This document shows, piece after piece, positions 19,116 through 29,607 of a stretch of 64,000 nucleotides of DNA (positions within the stretch are counted from its first letter, which is position 1; every line of letters begins with the position of its first letter). This DNA comes from Gammaproteobacteria bacterium (GTDB taxonomy: Bacteria > Pseudomonadota > Gammaproteobacteria > Eutrophobiales > Eutrophobiaceae). The position numbers were made by a program, and so were the translations under genes. Under the pieces are notes generated by a model. That model did not search any database, was not told where the DNA came from, and saw only the letters and a list, made by a program, of their open reading frames with translations. The stretch is taken from NCBI GenBank assembly GCA_965116585.1, contig OZ220714.1:159651-223650 (forward strand). Direction: 5' to 3'.

Positions 19116-20477
19116 TTGAACTATGCTGCGACTGCCAGAAGGCCTGAACTCGTCCCGAGTTCAAAATTCAAGGTGTATACTGAAAAACACCTTGCTCAGA
19201 TTCACCAGTTGGACGTCCTTCCCGACGAGTTGCGTCACGATATCAGCGTAGTTGCCAAAGTATTACCTTTCCGGGTCAATCAGCACGTGCTTGAGCAGCT
19301 TATTGACTGGGATAATGCCGAGACCGATCCGATGTTCCTGCTCACTTTCCCCCAGCGGGAAATGCTGGAGCCAAAGGCATTCAAACGCATGGCAACACTG
19401 CTGGATTCGGGTGCTGACTCCAAAGCCATAAACGCCCTGGTAACCAGGATTCGTGCAGGGCTGAACCCGCATCCCGCCGGACAGATGGAACTGAACGTGC
19501 CGAGACTGGATGATGAACCCTTGAGCGGGATGCAACACAAATACCATGAGACCGTCCTGTTTTTCCCATCCCAGGGTCAGGTCTGCCACTCCTATTGCAC
19601 CTTCTGCTTCCGCTGGGCGCAATTTGTGGGCGATAAATCCCTGCGCTTCTCGGCCAATGAGGCAAACGGCCTCTACGCTTACCTGAAGCGGCACAAGGAA
19701 GTTTCCGACCTGCTGGTAACCGGCGGCGACCCCATGGTAATGAAGACCCATCACCTCAAAAGTTACCTGGAACCCCTGCTGGACCACTCGGTGCACCACG
19801 TGCAGACCGTGCGTATCGGCAGCAAGGCGCTGACTTACTGGCCGCACCGGTTCGTGACCGATGATGACGCCGACGACCTGTTGCGCCTGTTGGAAAGACT
19901 GGTGAAAGCAGGCAAACACGTGGCGTTCATGGCCCATTTCAACCATTGGCGGGAACTGGAATCCTATATGACCCGGCGCGCCATCCAGCGCATTCGCGAC
20001 ACCGGCGCGGAAATCCGCTGCCAGGGGCCGTTACTTGACAAAATCAACAATGATGCGCTGGTCTGGTCCAGGATGTGGCGGGAACAGGTGCGTCTGGGCC
20101 TGATACCGTACTATATGTTTGTAGAGCGCGACACCGGTGCCCGGCGTTACTTTGAAGTGCCGCTGGCGCGTGCCCTGGAGGTATTCCAGCAGGCGTTCCA
20201 GTCCGTGTCGGGGTTGGCGCGCACCGTGCGTGGGCCTTCGATGAGCGCATCGCCGGGCAAGGTGCAGGTGCAGGGCGTGACGGAAATCAATAATGAAAAA
20301 GTATTTTTACTGCGCTTCCTGCAAGGCCGCAACGAAAACTGGACGCAACAGCCTTTCTTCGCCGAGTTTGATGAGCAAGCGACCTGGCTGGACGGCCTGA
20401 AACCGGCATTCGGCGCGGACCAGTTTTTCTTCGAGGAAGAATACCGGCAGATATCCGGCCAACGCCTGGCGGGTTAA
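19116..20477 (+). CDS. KamA-family radical SAM enzyme (lysine 2,3-aminomutase-like)
   Basis: QHKYHETVLFF, CHSYCTFCFR (CxxxCxxC), TGGDP, AHFNH, PYYMF and PGK (putative PLP lysine). Confidence 0.85.
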   Translation: MNYAATARRPELVPSSKFKVYTEKHLAQIHQLDVLPDELRHDISVVAKVLPFRVNQHVLEQLIDWDNAETDPMFLLTFPQREMLEPKAFKRMATLLDSGADSKAINALVTRIRAGLNPHPAGQMELNVPRLDDEPLSGMQHKYHETVLFFPSQGQVCHSYCTFCFRWAQFVGDKSLRFSANEANGLYAYLKRHKEVSDLLVTGGDPMVMKTHHLKSYLEPLLDHSVHHVQTVRIGSKALTYWPHRFVTDDDADDLLRLLERLVKAGKHVAFMAHFNHWRELESYMTRRAIQRIRDTGAEIRCQGPLLDKINNDALVWSRMWREQVRLGLIPYYMFVERDTGARRYFEVPLARALEVFQQAFQSVSGLARTVRGPSMSASPGKVQVQGVTEINNEKVFLLRFLQGRNENWTQQPFFAEFDEQATWLDGLKPAFGADQFFFEEEYRQISGQRLAG

Positions 20478-20504
20478 CCGCCAGGCGTTGTACCCTTTCC
20501 GGAA

Positions 20505-21134
20505 CTAGTGGGGAATGGTAGCCAGGGCATTCTGCCAGGCAGTCGAACTCAGGACATCCCCCGACCAGCGCATTATTTCGGCATAATCACCCACTGGAAT
20601 ACCTGCCGCCTGTGCGTGCGGCACCAGCCATGACGCGACAGCATGGTCGGCCAGGGTAACCGAGTCGCCGACCAGCGCGCTGCGCCCCTTGAGATGATCG
20701 TTCAGCACCGTGCCGAACCGGGCAAACTCCTGTGCGCCATGTTCCAGTCGCGCCGGATCCGCAGCGCCCATCTGCATAAGCTGTTTGACCAGGTTCTCAA
20801 AGGTAAATATACCGCAGGTCGGCGCAAAATGGCATTCATTCCAGAACAGCCACTGCATCATGCGCGCCCGGGTGGGCACGTCTTCCGGAACCAGGTCATT
20901 CGCTGCCCCGGTGCGCGCCAGGTACAGCATGATGGCGCCTGACTCCCACAATACGTAATCACCGTCAACCAGGGTTGGGATCTTGTGATTCGGATTCAGC
21001 GCGATGAAATCGGGACTCATATGCGCGCCGCTCATCAGGTCCAGGGTAACCAGTTCCAGGTCAATGCCGACCTGGTTGGCCACAGCCTGGCAGCGCAAGG
21101 AGTTGGGTGAAGGAGGGAAAATATAGAGTTGCAT
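20505..21134 (-). CDS. Glutathione S-transferase family protein
   Basis: LNPNHKIPTLVDG, LWESGAI, TLAD. Confidence 0.92.
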   Translation of the reverse strand: MQLYIFPPSPNSLRCQAVANQVGIDLELVTLDLMSGAHMSPDFIALNPNHKIPTLVDGDYVLWESGAIMLYLARTGAANDLVPEDVPTRARMMQWLFWNECHFAPTCGIFTFENLVKQLMQMGAADPARLEHGAQEFARFGTVLNDHLKGRSALVGDSVTLADHAVASWLVPHAQAAGIPVGDYAEIMRWSGDVLSSTAWQNALATIPH

Positions 21135-21225
21135 TGTCGTACCTCTCAGGTTTGATAGTTCTCTGGAACCATTGCACAGGATGCCCCTGACAATGGCGGT
21201 TTTTGAAACGTGTTCATGATATTCC

Positions 21226-22827
21226 TCACGGCATCTTTACGTAGCTACCGGGCGCGTCTTCAATGATGGACTGACTACCCGCTCCGGGGTGGCGTGCGGG
21301 AATTTTTTCTCCCGCGTATTGCTCCAGCCAGGCCTGCCAGTCCGGCCACCAGGAACCGGTGTGGGCTTCAGCCCGGGCGCGCCAGTCGGCGGCAGGAACG
21401 TCAACCTGCTGCCCGGTAAGATAACCGTACTTGTTGGCGGCGGGCGGGTTGATGATACCGGCAATATGCCCGGATTTACCCAGCACGAAGCGCACCGGCC
21501 CGGACAGCAGTTGCGCACCCAGGTAAGTGCTTTCCCAGGGCGCGATGTGGTCTTCTTCGGTGGAGATGAAATAGGCCGGGACGCTGATTTTGCTCACGTC
21601 TATGGGAATGCCGGCGACGCTGAAACCGCCCGGTTCCTTGAACCTGTTTTCCAGGTACATGGTGCGCAGGTAGGTGCTGTGCATCTGCGCCGGCAAGCGG
21701 GTCGAGTCGGCATTCCAGTAGAGCAGGTCAAACGGCGGCGGTTCCTTGCCCAGCAGGTAGTTGCGCACGTAAAACGACCAGATCAGGTCATTGGCGCGCA
21801 ACATATTGAAGGTGGCGGCCATTTCTTTGCCGTCGTGGTAGCCGCGCTCAGCCATGGCCTTATCCAGGCTTTCCAGTTGTTGCTCATCAATGAACACGCC
21901 CAGGTCGCCGGGGATGGAGAAGTCGATCAAGGTGACGAAGAAGGTTGCCGAGGCGACGCGCGTGTCCCCTGTTTCCCGCATATAGGCCAGGGTCGCGGCC
22001 AGCAGGGTGCCGCCGATGCAATAACCGACCACATTGACCTGGGAGGCGCCCGTGGCTTGTTCCACCGCGCCGATTGCCGCCAGCGCACCTTCGGTTACAT
22101 AGTCGGCAAAATCCTTGTGTCCCAGCTTCTCGTCGGGGTTCACCCAGGAAATGACAAATACCGTGTGCCCCTGGTCAACCAGCCACTTGATCAGGGAGTT
22201 CTGCGGTTGCAGGTCCAGCACGTAATACTTGTTGATCCAGGGCGGAATGATCAGCAGCGGCAGTGTGTTGACCTGCGGCGTCGCAGGTTCGAACTGCAAC
22301 AGTTGCAGCAGATCGTTCTGGAACACCACCTTGCCCGGCGTAGTGGCAACGTTCCTGCCCAGATCAAACGCGCTTTTGTCCGTCATACTGATGCGCAGTT
22401 GCCCTGCTTCGCCGTCAAAGTCGTCGATAAAGTTCTGTAGTCCCTTGAGCAGATTGTCCCCCTTGGATTCCAGGGTCGCCTGCATGACTTCCGGATTGGT
22501 GAGCAGGAAGTTTGACGGCGACATCGCATCCACGAATTGCCTGGTATAAAAGCGCGCTTTGCGTGCCGTTTCCTCATCCAGTCCGTCCACGTCGGCGATG
22601 GCGGACTGTATTACGTCGGCAGTCACCAGGTAAGATTGCTTGATAAGGCTGTAGACCGGATGCTCGTCCCAGGCCGGGTGCTTGAAACGCCGGTCACCGT
22701 CATCGGGTTGCCGGACCGGGGTGCTCTCCCCTCCCAGGAACGCTTTCGTGGTGTTAAGCCACAGGTCAGAATAAGCGTTCCAGGCGCGGGTCTGTGTTTC
22801 GAACAACTTTTGTAAATTATCCATCAT
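21226..22827 (-). CDS. phaC: Class I poly(3-hydroxyalkanoate) synthase
   Basis: [12 protein letters not shown], lipase box [38 protein letters not shown]. Confidence 0.95.
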   Translation of the reverse strand: MMDNLQKLFETQTRAWNAYSDLWLNTTKAFLGGESTPVRQPDDGDRRFKHPAWDEHPVYSLIKQSYLVTADVIQSAIADVDGLDEETARKARFYTRQFVDAMSPSNFLLTNPEVMQATLESKGDNLLKGLQNFIDDFDGEAGQLRISMTDKSAFDLGRNVATTPGKVVFQNDLLQLLQFEPATPQVNTLPLLIIPPWINKYYVLDLQPQNSLIKWLVDQGHTVFVISWVNPDEKLGHKDFADYVTEGALAAIGAVEQATGASQVNVVGYCIGGTLLAATLAYMRETGDTRVASATFFVTLIDFSIPGDLGVFIDEQQLESLDKAMAERGYHDGKEMAATFNMLRANDLIWSFYVRNYLLGKEPPPFDLLYWNADSTRLPAQMHSTYLRTMYLENRFKEPGGFSVAGIPIDVSKISVPAYFISTEEDHIAPWESTYLGAQLLSGPVRFVLGKSGHIAGIINPPAANKYGYLTGQQVDVPAADWRARAEAHTGSWWPDWQAWLEQYAGEKIPARHPGAGSQSIIEDAPGSYVKMP

Positions 22828-24008
22828 GCGACCTCAAATAATCCTGCGGCGCCCATGCCGCCGCCGACGCACATGGTGCACACCACGTAGCGGACGTTGC
22901 GGCGTTTGCCTTCTATCAAGGCATGGGCGACCATGCGGTTACCGGACATGCCGTAGGGATGCCCAATGGCGATGGCGCCGCCGTTCACGTTGAGCAGTTC
23001 ATTGGGGATGCCCAGCTTGTCGCGGCAATACACGACCTGCACGGCAAAGGCCTCGTTCAGTTCCCACAGGCCAATGTCATCCATGCTCAAGCCGGCATTT
23101 TTCAGCAGCCTGGGTACGGCATAAACCGGCCCGATGCCCATTTCGTCGGGTTCCAGTCCGGCGACGGCGATGCCGCGATAGATTCCCAGGGGTTCGATGT
23201 TTTTGCGCTCGGCCAGGCGGCTGTCCATGACCACACAGGCGGCGGCCCCATCCGAGAGTTGGCTGGCGTTGCCGGCGGTGATGCAGCCTCCCTCAAGCAC
23301 GGGCGCCAGGCCCTGCAAACCGGCCAGGGTGGTCTCGGGACGGTTGCCCTCATCCTGTTCCAGCAACGTCTCCCGGTAGCTTACCGCACGGGTTTCCTTG
23401 TCAATAACGGCTTTGGTACTCGCCAGGGGCGCCAGTTCCTCGACAAATTTCCCGGCCTGCTGAGCGGCGGCTGTGCGTTGCTGGCTTTGCAGTGCGTAGT
23501 CATCCTGAACCTCACGGCTGACCCGGTAGCGTCGGGCCACCGTTTCGGCAGTCTGCAACATGGGCATGTAGGCCTGTGCGTTCATGCTCGTCACGGTCTC
23601 ATCAGTGCTTTTTTCTACCAGCCCGAATGCGTCATTCTGCACCAGGCTGATGGATTCCAGGCCCGCCGCAACCACAACCGGCGTATTGTCCATCACCACC
23701 TGCTTGGCCGCATTGGCAATGGCGATCATGCCGGATGAGCACTGCCGATCCAGCGCCATGGCGCCGGCGCTTGTCGGAAGCCCTGCTGCCAGCGCGCTGG
23801 TCCTGCCGATATTCCAGCCGGTCGTGCCCATTTGCATGGCACAGCCGAGTATCACGTCATCAACCTCCCCTGGCTCCAGTCCGGCCCGTTGCACGGCCGT
23901 GCGGATGACGTGTCCGCCCAGAGTGGGCGCTTTGGTGTTATTGAAGGCCCCGCGCCAGGCTTTGCCGATAGGCGTGCGCGCGGCGGCGGCGATGACAGCT
24001 TCTTTCAT
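22824..24008 (-). CDS. Acetyl-CoA C-acyltransferase (thiolase)
   Basis: [33 protein letters not shown]; 4-bp overlap with phaC. Confidence 0.93.
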   Translation of the reverse strand: MKEAVIAAAARTPIGKAWRGAFNNTKAPTLGGHVIRTAVQRAGLEPGEVDDVILGCAMQMGTTGWNIGRTSALAAGLPTSAGAMALDRQCSSGMIAIANAAKQVVMDNTPVVVAAGLESISLVQNDAFGLVEKSTDETVTSMNAQAYMPMLQTAETVARRYRVSREVQDDYALQSQQRTAAAQQAGKFVEELAPLASTKAVIDKETRAVSYRETLLEQDEGNRPETTLAGLQGLAPVLEGGCITAGNASQLSDGAAACVVMDSRLAERKNIEPLGIYRGIAVAGLEPDEMGIGPVYAVPRLLKNAGLSMDDIGLWELNEAFAVQVVYCRDKLGIPNELLNVNGGAIAIGHPYGMSGNRMVAHALIEGKRRNVRYVVCTMCVGGGMGAAGLFEVA

Positions 24009-24054
24009 GGTGTTAACTCAGTGAAAAATCAGTACATTCTTACTTAGTTCAGGC

Positions 24055-24702
24055 TTAATTCAGGTCGGGAAACAGCCAGGGTTGCTCCTGTGCCCGTTGT
24101 TGTTCATACGCCCGTATCAGGTCGCTGTGCTCCAGGGTTAAACCGATATCGTCCAGGCCCAGCAACAGCCGCTCCTTGAGATCGGGTTCGATAGCAAAGC
24201 CGTACACGTCTCCCGCCGGCGTGCCGACCGTCTGTTCGTGCAGGTTTACATTTAACCTGTAGCCTTCCTGCTGCGCCACTTCCCGGAATAACCGCTCAAC
24301 CTGTTGGGGATCGAGCACAACAGTCAACAAGCCGTTCTTGCCGGCGTTGGTATAAAAAATGTCGCCGTAACTCGGCGCGATGACGCAGCGGAAACCGTAC
24401 TCATACAAGGCCCACACGGCATGCTCCCTGGATGAACCGCAACCGAAATTCTTGCGCGCCAGGAGGACCTGTGCGCCCTGATAACGGGGCAGGTTCAATA
24501 CAAAGTCCTGCCGTAACGGGCGCCGGCTGCAATCCTGCTCGGGCTCTCCAACGTCAAGATAACGCCAGGCATCAAACAGGTTAGGACCAAAACCACTGCG
24601 CCGAACGGACTTCAGGAACTGCTTGGGGATGATGGCATCCGTATCAACGTTGGACCGGTCCAACGGCGCCACCAGGCCATGAATTGTCGTAAATGCTTGC
24701 AT
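24055..24702 (-). CDS. leuD: 3-isopropylmalate dehydratase small subunit
   Basis: [33 protein letters not shown]. Confidence 0.97.
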   Translation of the reverse strand: MQAFTTIHGLVAPLDRSNVDTDAIIPKQFLKSVRRSGFGPNLFDAWRYLDVGEPEQDCSRRPLRQDFVLNLPRYQGAQVLLARKNFGCGSSREHAVWALYEYGFRCVIAPSYGDIFYTNAGKNGLLTVVLDPQQVERLFREVAQQEGYRLNVNLHEQTVGTPAGDVYGFAIEPDLKERLLLGLDDIGLTLEHSDLIRAYEQQRAQEQPWLFPDLN

Positions 24703-24713
24703 GATTAACTTGA

Positions 24714-24920
24714 TTTATCCGCAGATTAACGCAGATTAGCGCAGATGTTTTTTTTGCAATGAATAGTCCACAGATCAAACAAACGGTTCTTTCTTACAAG
24801 AAGTTGTATCTCTGTACTCAGGATGACAAACAGAAAAACTTGAAAACACTTAACAACATCTGCGTTAATCTGCGTCATCTGCGGATGAATCACTTTAATC
24901 CACGTCATCTGCGGATAAAT
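24714..24920. repeat. Inverted 9-10-mer tandem-repeat element (CGCAGATTAA-type) between leuC and leuD
   Basis: tttatccgcagattaacgcagattagcgcagatgtt (24714-24749) pairs with aacatctgcgttaatctgcgtcatctgcggatgaa (24855-24889); a further partial arm at 24903-24920 lies in the leuC 3' end. Confidence 0.85.
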
Positions 24921-26313
24921 ACTCACGCACGTCAACAAAGTGGCCGGCGATGCCCGCGGCCGCGGCCATGGCGGGGCTCACCAGGTGGGTGCGGCCGCCG
25001 GCGCCTTGCCGGCCCTCGAAATTGCGATTGGACGTGGAAGCGCTACGTTCACCCGCTTCCAGGCGGTCGTTGTTCATGCCCAGGCACATGGAACAACCCG
25101 GTTCGCGCCATTCAAAACCGGCGTCCAGAAACAGGCTGTCCAGTCCCTCGGCCTCTGCCTGGCGCTTGACCAGGCCGGACCCGGGCACGACCAGGGCCTG
25201 CTTGACAGTCTTCGCCACGCGCCGGCCGGCAACCACCCGGGCCGCCTCCCGCAGGTCTTCTATACGGGAGTTGGTACAGGAACCGATAAAGATCTTGTCC
25301 GGACTGATGGCATTGATGGGGGTTCCCGGTTGCAAGTCCATGTAGGACAATGCGTTCACTATGCCTTCGCGTTTCACCGGGTCCGACTCCTGTGCCGGGT
25401 CGGGCACCTGCCCGTGCACGGCGGCCACCATCTCCGGCGAGGTGCCCCAGGTGACACAGGGCGCCACCCGGGCCGCGTCGATCTCGACCGTCCGGTCGAA
25501 CACCGCGTCCGGGTCGCTGCGCAACCCTTGCCACACCTTGACGGCCCGCTCCCAGTCATCCCCCACCGGCGCAAACGGCCGTCCCCTGACGTAGTCAATG
25601 GTCTTCTCATCCACCGCCACCAGGCCGGAGCGGGCGCCGGCTTCGATAGCCATATTACACAAGGTCATACGCCCTTCCATGGACAGGGCGCTGACCCCCG
25701 CGCCGCTGAATTCAATGGCGCAACCCACACCGCCGGCGGCGCCTATCCTGCCGATGATATACAAGATCAGGTCTTTTGCCGTCACCCCCGGCGCCAGCGT
25801 GTTACTGACCCTGATCAGCATGTTCTGCATTTTTTTTGCCACCAGGGTCTGGGTGGCCAGTACGTGCTCCACCTCGGAGGTGCCGATGCCCATGGCCAGC
25901 GCCGCCAGCGCGCCGTTGGTAGTAGTGTGCGAATCACCGCAGACGATGGTCATGCCGGGCAAACAGGCGCCCTGCTCCGGGCCGATCACGTGCACAATGC
26001 CCTGGCGTTCGTCAAACAGTTCAAAATAGGGAATGCGCCATTCCCGGACGTTTTTCTCCAGGGTCTCCAGTTGCTTGCGCGCGACGGGGTCGGCGATGGT
26101 TGTCCGGTTGTGGGTGGGCACGTTGTGGTCGGGCACGGCCAGGTTGGCATTACGCCGCCAGGGTTCTCGACCGGCAAGTTGCAGTCCCTCAAACGCCTGC
26201 GGGGAGGTCACTTCATGAACCAGTTGGCGGTCTACGTAGAGCAGACAGGCGCCGTTGCCGAAGTCCTTGACCACGTGTTCGTCCCACAGCTTGTCGTAAA
26301 GTGTTTTTGCCAT
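24895..26313 (-). CDS. leuC: 3-isopropylmalate dehydratase large subunit
   Basis: [53 protein letters not shown]. Confidence 0.97.
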   Translation of the reverse strand: MAKTLYDKLWDEHVVKDFGNGACLLYVDRQLVHEVTSPQAFEGLQLAGREPWRRNANLAVPDHNVPTHNRTTIADPVARKQLETLEKNVREWRIPYFELFDERQGIVHVIGPEQGACLPGMTIVCGDSHTTTNGALAALAMGIGTSEVEHVLATQTLVAKKMQNMLIRVSNTLAPGVTAKDLILYIIGRIGAAGGVGCAIEFSGAGVSALSMEGRMTLCNMAIEAGARSGLVAVDEKTIDYVRGRPFAPVGDDWERAVKVWQGLRSDPDAVFDRTVEIDAARVAPCVTWGTSPEMVAAVHGQVPDPAQESDPVKREGIVNALSYMDLQPGTPINAISPDKIFIGSCTNSRIEDLREAARVVAGRRVAKTVKQALVVPGSGLVKRQAEAEGLDSLFLDAGFEWREPGCSMCLGMNNDRLEAGERSASTSNRNFEGRQGAGGRTHLVSPAMAAAAGIAGHFVDVREYLSADDVD

Positions 26314-26422
26314 CATACCCACAGTATGCCACATGCAGCGCGTGAGTCACAGGGACAGAATGAATCCCGCTCCCCGGAATATACAAAAAATGTGTGTTTC
26401 CGGAATTGGGTTTTTGGGTACA

Positions 26423-27787
26423 ATGGATGCCATATTAACAGTGGCCCGTATAACTCCCGTGACTCGATTTTTCCCATTTGCCGGTCTTCTTCTTATCCTG
26501 GTGTGCGCCGGAGGGAGTTTGCGCGCCGAGGAAAATGATGCCTACGAAGTCATCGACAGGGAATTGCTCAAGGAAGACGATGAGGAAACCCGGCCTGCGG
26601 CACAGGACGACGCGGCAAGCAGCGCAACTTCCACCGCCGGGGAAGCTGTGGAACTACCTGGGGAAACACTTGAGGAACCAGCCGGGGAACCGGTTACCGC
26701 GCAGGAGGACGCGGACGCCGATGCCTTGGACTCCGCTTACGCCGCGTTGCAAAACCAGGAGTACGATATAGCTTACGACCTGTTTTACACCTTCGCCTCC
26801 GGGGACAATGCGCAGGCCCAGTATGAACTGGCCGCGCTCTATCATCGCGGCGCCGGCGTGGAGGCGGATATTGCCAGGGCGGCGCGCTGGTACGCGCGCG
26901 CCGCTGAACTGGGCTATGCGGACGCCCAGTACCGGTTGGGCAATATGTTCCTGATGGGGGAAGGCATGCGCCAGAGCGATTCGGAGGCGGTACACTGGTA
27001 CGAACAGGCGGCGCAGCAAGGCCATGCCGATGCAAAAAGCAATCTTGCCAGCCTGCGGCGCATCAGTTCGGCCAAGACCCGGCAGGAACTGGAACAGGAA
27101 GCCGCATCCTTGCCGCCGCTTGAGGTCGAACGCAAACCTGAGCCCGGAGAAAAACCGAAAAAACGCGGTTTCTTCAAACGCTGGTTCGGCAAGGACAAGA
27201 AAACCGAACCGGCGGCAACGGCCGGTGCAGAGGTTTCCGAGTCACAGCCGCCCGCGTCCGAATCGTCCGCGGCGCCCGACACAACGGCGCCGCCCACCGC
27301 GCCCGTCGCGCGCCCTGCCCCGTTGGCAAATTCCACCGCGGTATCCAACTACGAACTGGGCCTGGCCTACGCCCTGGGAGACACCCTGGAGCAGGACCAG
27401 GAGCAAGCCTTTGAGTATTTCCGCAAGTCTGCGCAAGAGGGTTACGCCCCCGCTCAATACCGCCTGGGCGCAGCTTATGCCAACGGTGACGGCACGGAAC
27501 AGGACCCGGAGCAGGCGCTGGAGTGGTACCGGAAGTCTGCCCTGCAGGGCCATATTCCCGCCCAACGCAGCCTGGCGCTGGTTTACCTCAACGGCCTGGA
27601 AGACCTGACGCCGGACAAGCCCCTGGCCCTGACCTGGTACACCTTGCTGGCCGAAGACGGCAACCAGATGGATCTGCATCGGCGTGACAGCCTGCTGGAG
27701 GAACTGCCGGAGGAGGACGTGGACAGGGCTGAGGAATTGGCGGACGAAATGCGGGAAGAACTGGCGGGGACTACGGAAAGGCAATAG
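26423..27787 (+). CDS. Exported Sel1-like repeat protein (start uncertain)
   Basis: Repeated AQY.LG..Y..G.G...D...A..WY..AA.QG units in two blocks; hydrophobic N-terminus; acidic and Pro-Ala-rich linkers. Confidence 0.85.
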   Translation: MDAILTVARITPVTRFFPFAGLLLILVCAGGSLRAEENDAYEVIDRELLKEDDEETRPAAQDDAASSATSTAGEAVELPGETLEEPAGEPVTAQEDADADALDSAYAALQNQEYDIAYDLFYTFASGDNAQAQYELAALYHRGAGVEADIARAARWYARAAELGYADAQYRLGNMFLMGEGMRQSDSEAVHWYEQAAQQGHADAKSNLASLRRISSAKTRQELEQEAASLPPLEVERKPEPGEKPKKRGFFKRWFGKDKKTEPAATAGAEVSESQPPASESSAAPDTTAPPTAPVARPAPLANSTAVSNYELGLAYALGDTLEQDQEQAFEYFRKSAQEGYAPAQYRLGAAYANGDGTEQDPEQALEWYRKSALQGHIPAQRSLALVYLNGLEDLTPDKPLALTWYTLLAEDGNQMDLHRRDSLLEELPEEDVDRAEELADEMREELAGTTERQ

Positions 27788-27856
27788 GGCACCTCTAAAA
27801 ATTAGAGGTGCCCTAGTACTCTTTCAATTTAATTCTGATCGATCGATGGGTCAAGA

Positions 27857-28120
27857 TTAATCGAGTGGTGGTAATTGATAGACGGGTATGGCCAAGGCCA
27901 GGCTGCGGGGGCTGCCAGGTTGTTTATGGATGAGTCCTTTCTCGTTCAACTGGGTCAACATGCGGTGGACAGACGGGGGGGTGACTTGGAAGTAACGTTG
28001 TAAATCGGCCTGTGCGGGGGCTTGGCCGTTGACTTTGGTGTAGTAGTGGATGAAGGCGAGGTACTGGCCTTGCAGATAGGTGTAGTGGGGGGGTATTTTT
28101 TGCGTGTCAGGGATCGACAT
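27857..28120 (-). CDS. LexA-N/MarR-like winged-helix DNA-binding protein (IS passenger)
   Basis: YTYLQGQYLAFIHYYTKVNGQAPAQADLQRYFQVTPPSVHRMLTQLNEKGLIHKQPGSPRSL. This is the real 87-aa part of track ORF 27857..28600. Confidence 0.75.
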   Translation of the reverse strand: MSIPDTQKIPPHYTYLQGQYLAFIHYYTKVNGQAPAQADLQRYFQVTPPSVHRMLTQLNEKGLIHKQPGSPRSLALAIPVYQLPPLD

Positions 28121-28171
28121 GGCGGGTATTTTATGATCTATTATAGCCTTTAACAAGAGAGGGCTAAGGTC

Positions 28172-29296
28172 ATGCAGGTACGGTACAGAGTCGTACTGAC
28201 GGAGGCGGAGCGGGACTATCTGGAGCGGTTCACGGGTCAGGGGAAGCCCTCGGCCCGGGCCATGAAGCGGGCGCAGGTGTTGCTGTTGGCGGACGGGGGG
28301 TCTCGGCAGGGGGTGGAGATTGTCGAGGCATTGGGGGTGAGCAGCTCGACGGTGTACCGGGTGAAGCGGGATTTTGTGGAGTACGGGTTGGCGGCGGCGT
28401 TGTCGGAAGGGTCTCGTTCGGGACAGCCGCGCAAGACGGAGGCGCATGAGGATGCGTTGCTGGTATCGATTGCGTGCAGCACCCCGCCGGCGGGTCGGTG
28501 TCGCTGGACGCTGTCGTTGTTGGCGGCGCGCTGGGTGGCGTTGACGGATATGGAGGCGGTGTCGCTGGAGTGCATACGGCAGCGGTTGAAGGCGAATCAA
28601 TTAAAGCCCTGGCAGCGGAAGATGTGGTGTTTGGGGCAGCTGGATGCGGCGTATATTGCGCAGATGGAGCAGATACTGGATGTGTACGCTGAGCCGTTCT
28701 GTCCTGAGAGACCACTGGTGAACGTGGATGAGGCGGGCAAGCAGTTGGTGGGGGAGGTACAGGCGGGCCGGCCAATGACCCCGGGGCAGGTGAGCAAGGT
28801 GGATTATGAATACGAGCGCAAGGGGGTGGCTAACATTTATCTGTGTTTTGACCGGCACCGTGGCTGGCGTCATGCCAAGGTGACGAAGACCAAGAAGGCG
28901 GCTGATTTTGCCGAGTTGATGCGGGAGTTGGTGGATGTGCACTACCCCGATGCTGAGTGCATCCGGGTGGTGCTGGATAATTTGAACACGCACCGGCCTG
29001 CTTCGCTGTACCGGGCCTTCCCGGCGCCGGAGGCGCGGCGGGTGTTGCGCAAGCTGGCATTTCATTACACGCCCAAGCATGCCAGTTGGTTGAACATGGT
29101 AGAGATTGAGATTGGCAACATGAACCAGCAATGTCTGGACCGTCGTATTGACAGCATGGACTTGCTGCAATCAGAACTGGCGGCCTGGCAACAGCAACGC
29201 AATGAAGAGAAAGCCAGCATCAACTGGATGTTTGATGTTGATCAGGCCCGGACCAAACTACACCGGGCTTATGACAAGCTAACCGGTCAGAATTAA
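28172..29296 (+). CDS. IS630-family transposase
   Basis: N-terminal HTH (RAQVLLLAD, RWTLSLLA); catalytic VDE...VLDNLNTH...YTPKHASWLNMVEIE; uninterrupted 374 aa. Confidence 0.95.
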   Translation: MQVRYRVVLTEAERDYLERFTGQGKPSARAMKRAQVLLLADGGSRQGVEIVEALGVSSSTVYRVKRDFVEYGLAAALSEGSRSGQPRKTEAHEDALLVSIACSTPPAGRCRWTLSLLAARWVALTDMEAVSLECIRQRLKANQLKPWQRKMWCLGQLDAAYIAQMEQILDVYAEPFCPERPLVNVDEAGKQLVGEVQAGRPMTPGQVSKVDYEYERKGVANIYLCFDRHRGWRHAKVTKTKKAADFAELMRELVDVHYPDAECIRVVLDNLNTHRPASLYRAFPAPEARRVLRKLAFHYTPKHASWLNMVEIEIGNMNQQCLDRRIDSMDLLQSELAAWQQQRNEEKASINWMFDVDQARTKLHRAYDKLTGQN

Positions 29297-29607
29297 ATTG
29301 AAAGAGTACTAGCAGCATAGGGATATGCTGCCATTTAATCATGACGTTCATCCTGAACGTCACCCTTCGGGCAGCTTGTGCTGTGCCAATCGGCTGTCCT
29401 GCCGATTGGTCACGCAAGTGATTGAAAATGAAGGAAACGGAAAATCGCACATTCGTTTCCGTCTCTAAAAATGCCAAGGATGGCATTTTTAGAGGTTACT
29501 AATAATCAAAGCAGGAAGCGCCTGATGCAGACCCCTGCTTGCGCAGGAGTGGTTCCTTCGATATAGCCTCCTGCTTGCTCTCTACCACCCATGCCTGTGC
29601 GGGCGTG

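Larger units (their letters stand above)
27816..29309 (+). mobile_element. IS630-family insertion sequence with a passenger gene
   Basis: 23-bp perfect terminal inverted repeats (gtactctttcaatttaattctga at 27816-27838 and its complement at 29287-29309); TA duplicated at 27814-27815 and 29310-29311 in a CTAG context; encodes a DDE transposase. Confidence 0.95.
27787..29500 (+). mobile_element. MITE copy 1 (about 220 bp; pieces 27787-27815 and 29312-29500), interrupted by IS630
   Basis: Near-identical to the reverse complement of 61315-61534; flanked by a 4-bp direct repeat AATA (27783-27786 and 29501-29504); ends gggcACCTCTAAAAAT and ATTTTTAGAGGTtact. Confidence 0.88.

Noticed and set aside
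28121-28600. N-terminal 160 aa of track ORF 27857..28600
   Set aside because: Antisense to the transposase; only the last 87 codons look like a real HTH protein.
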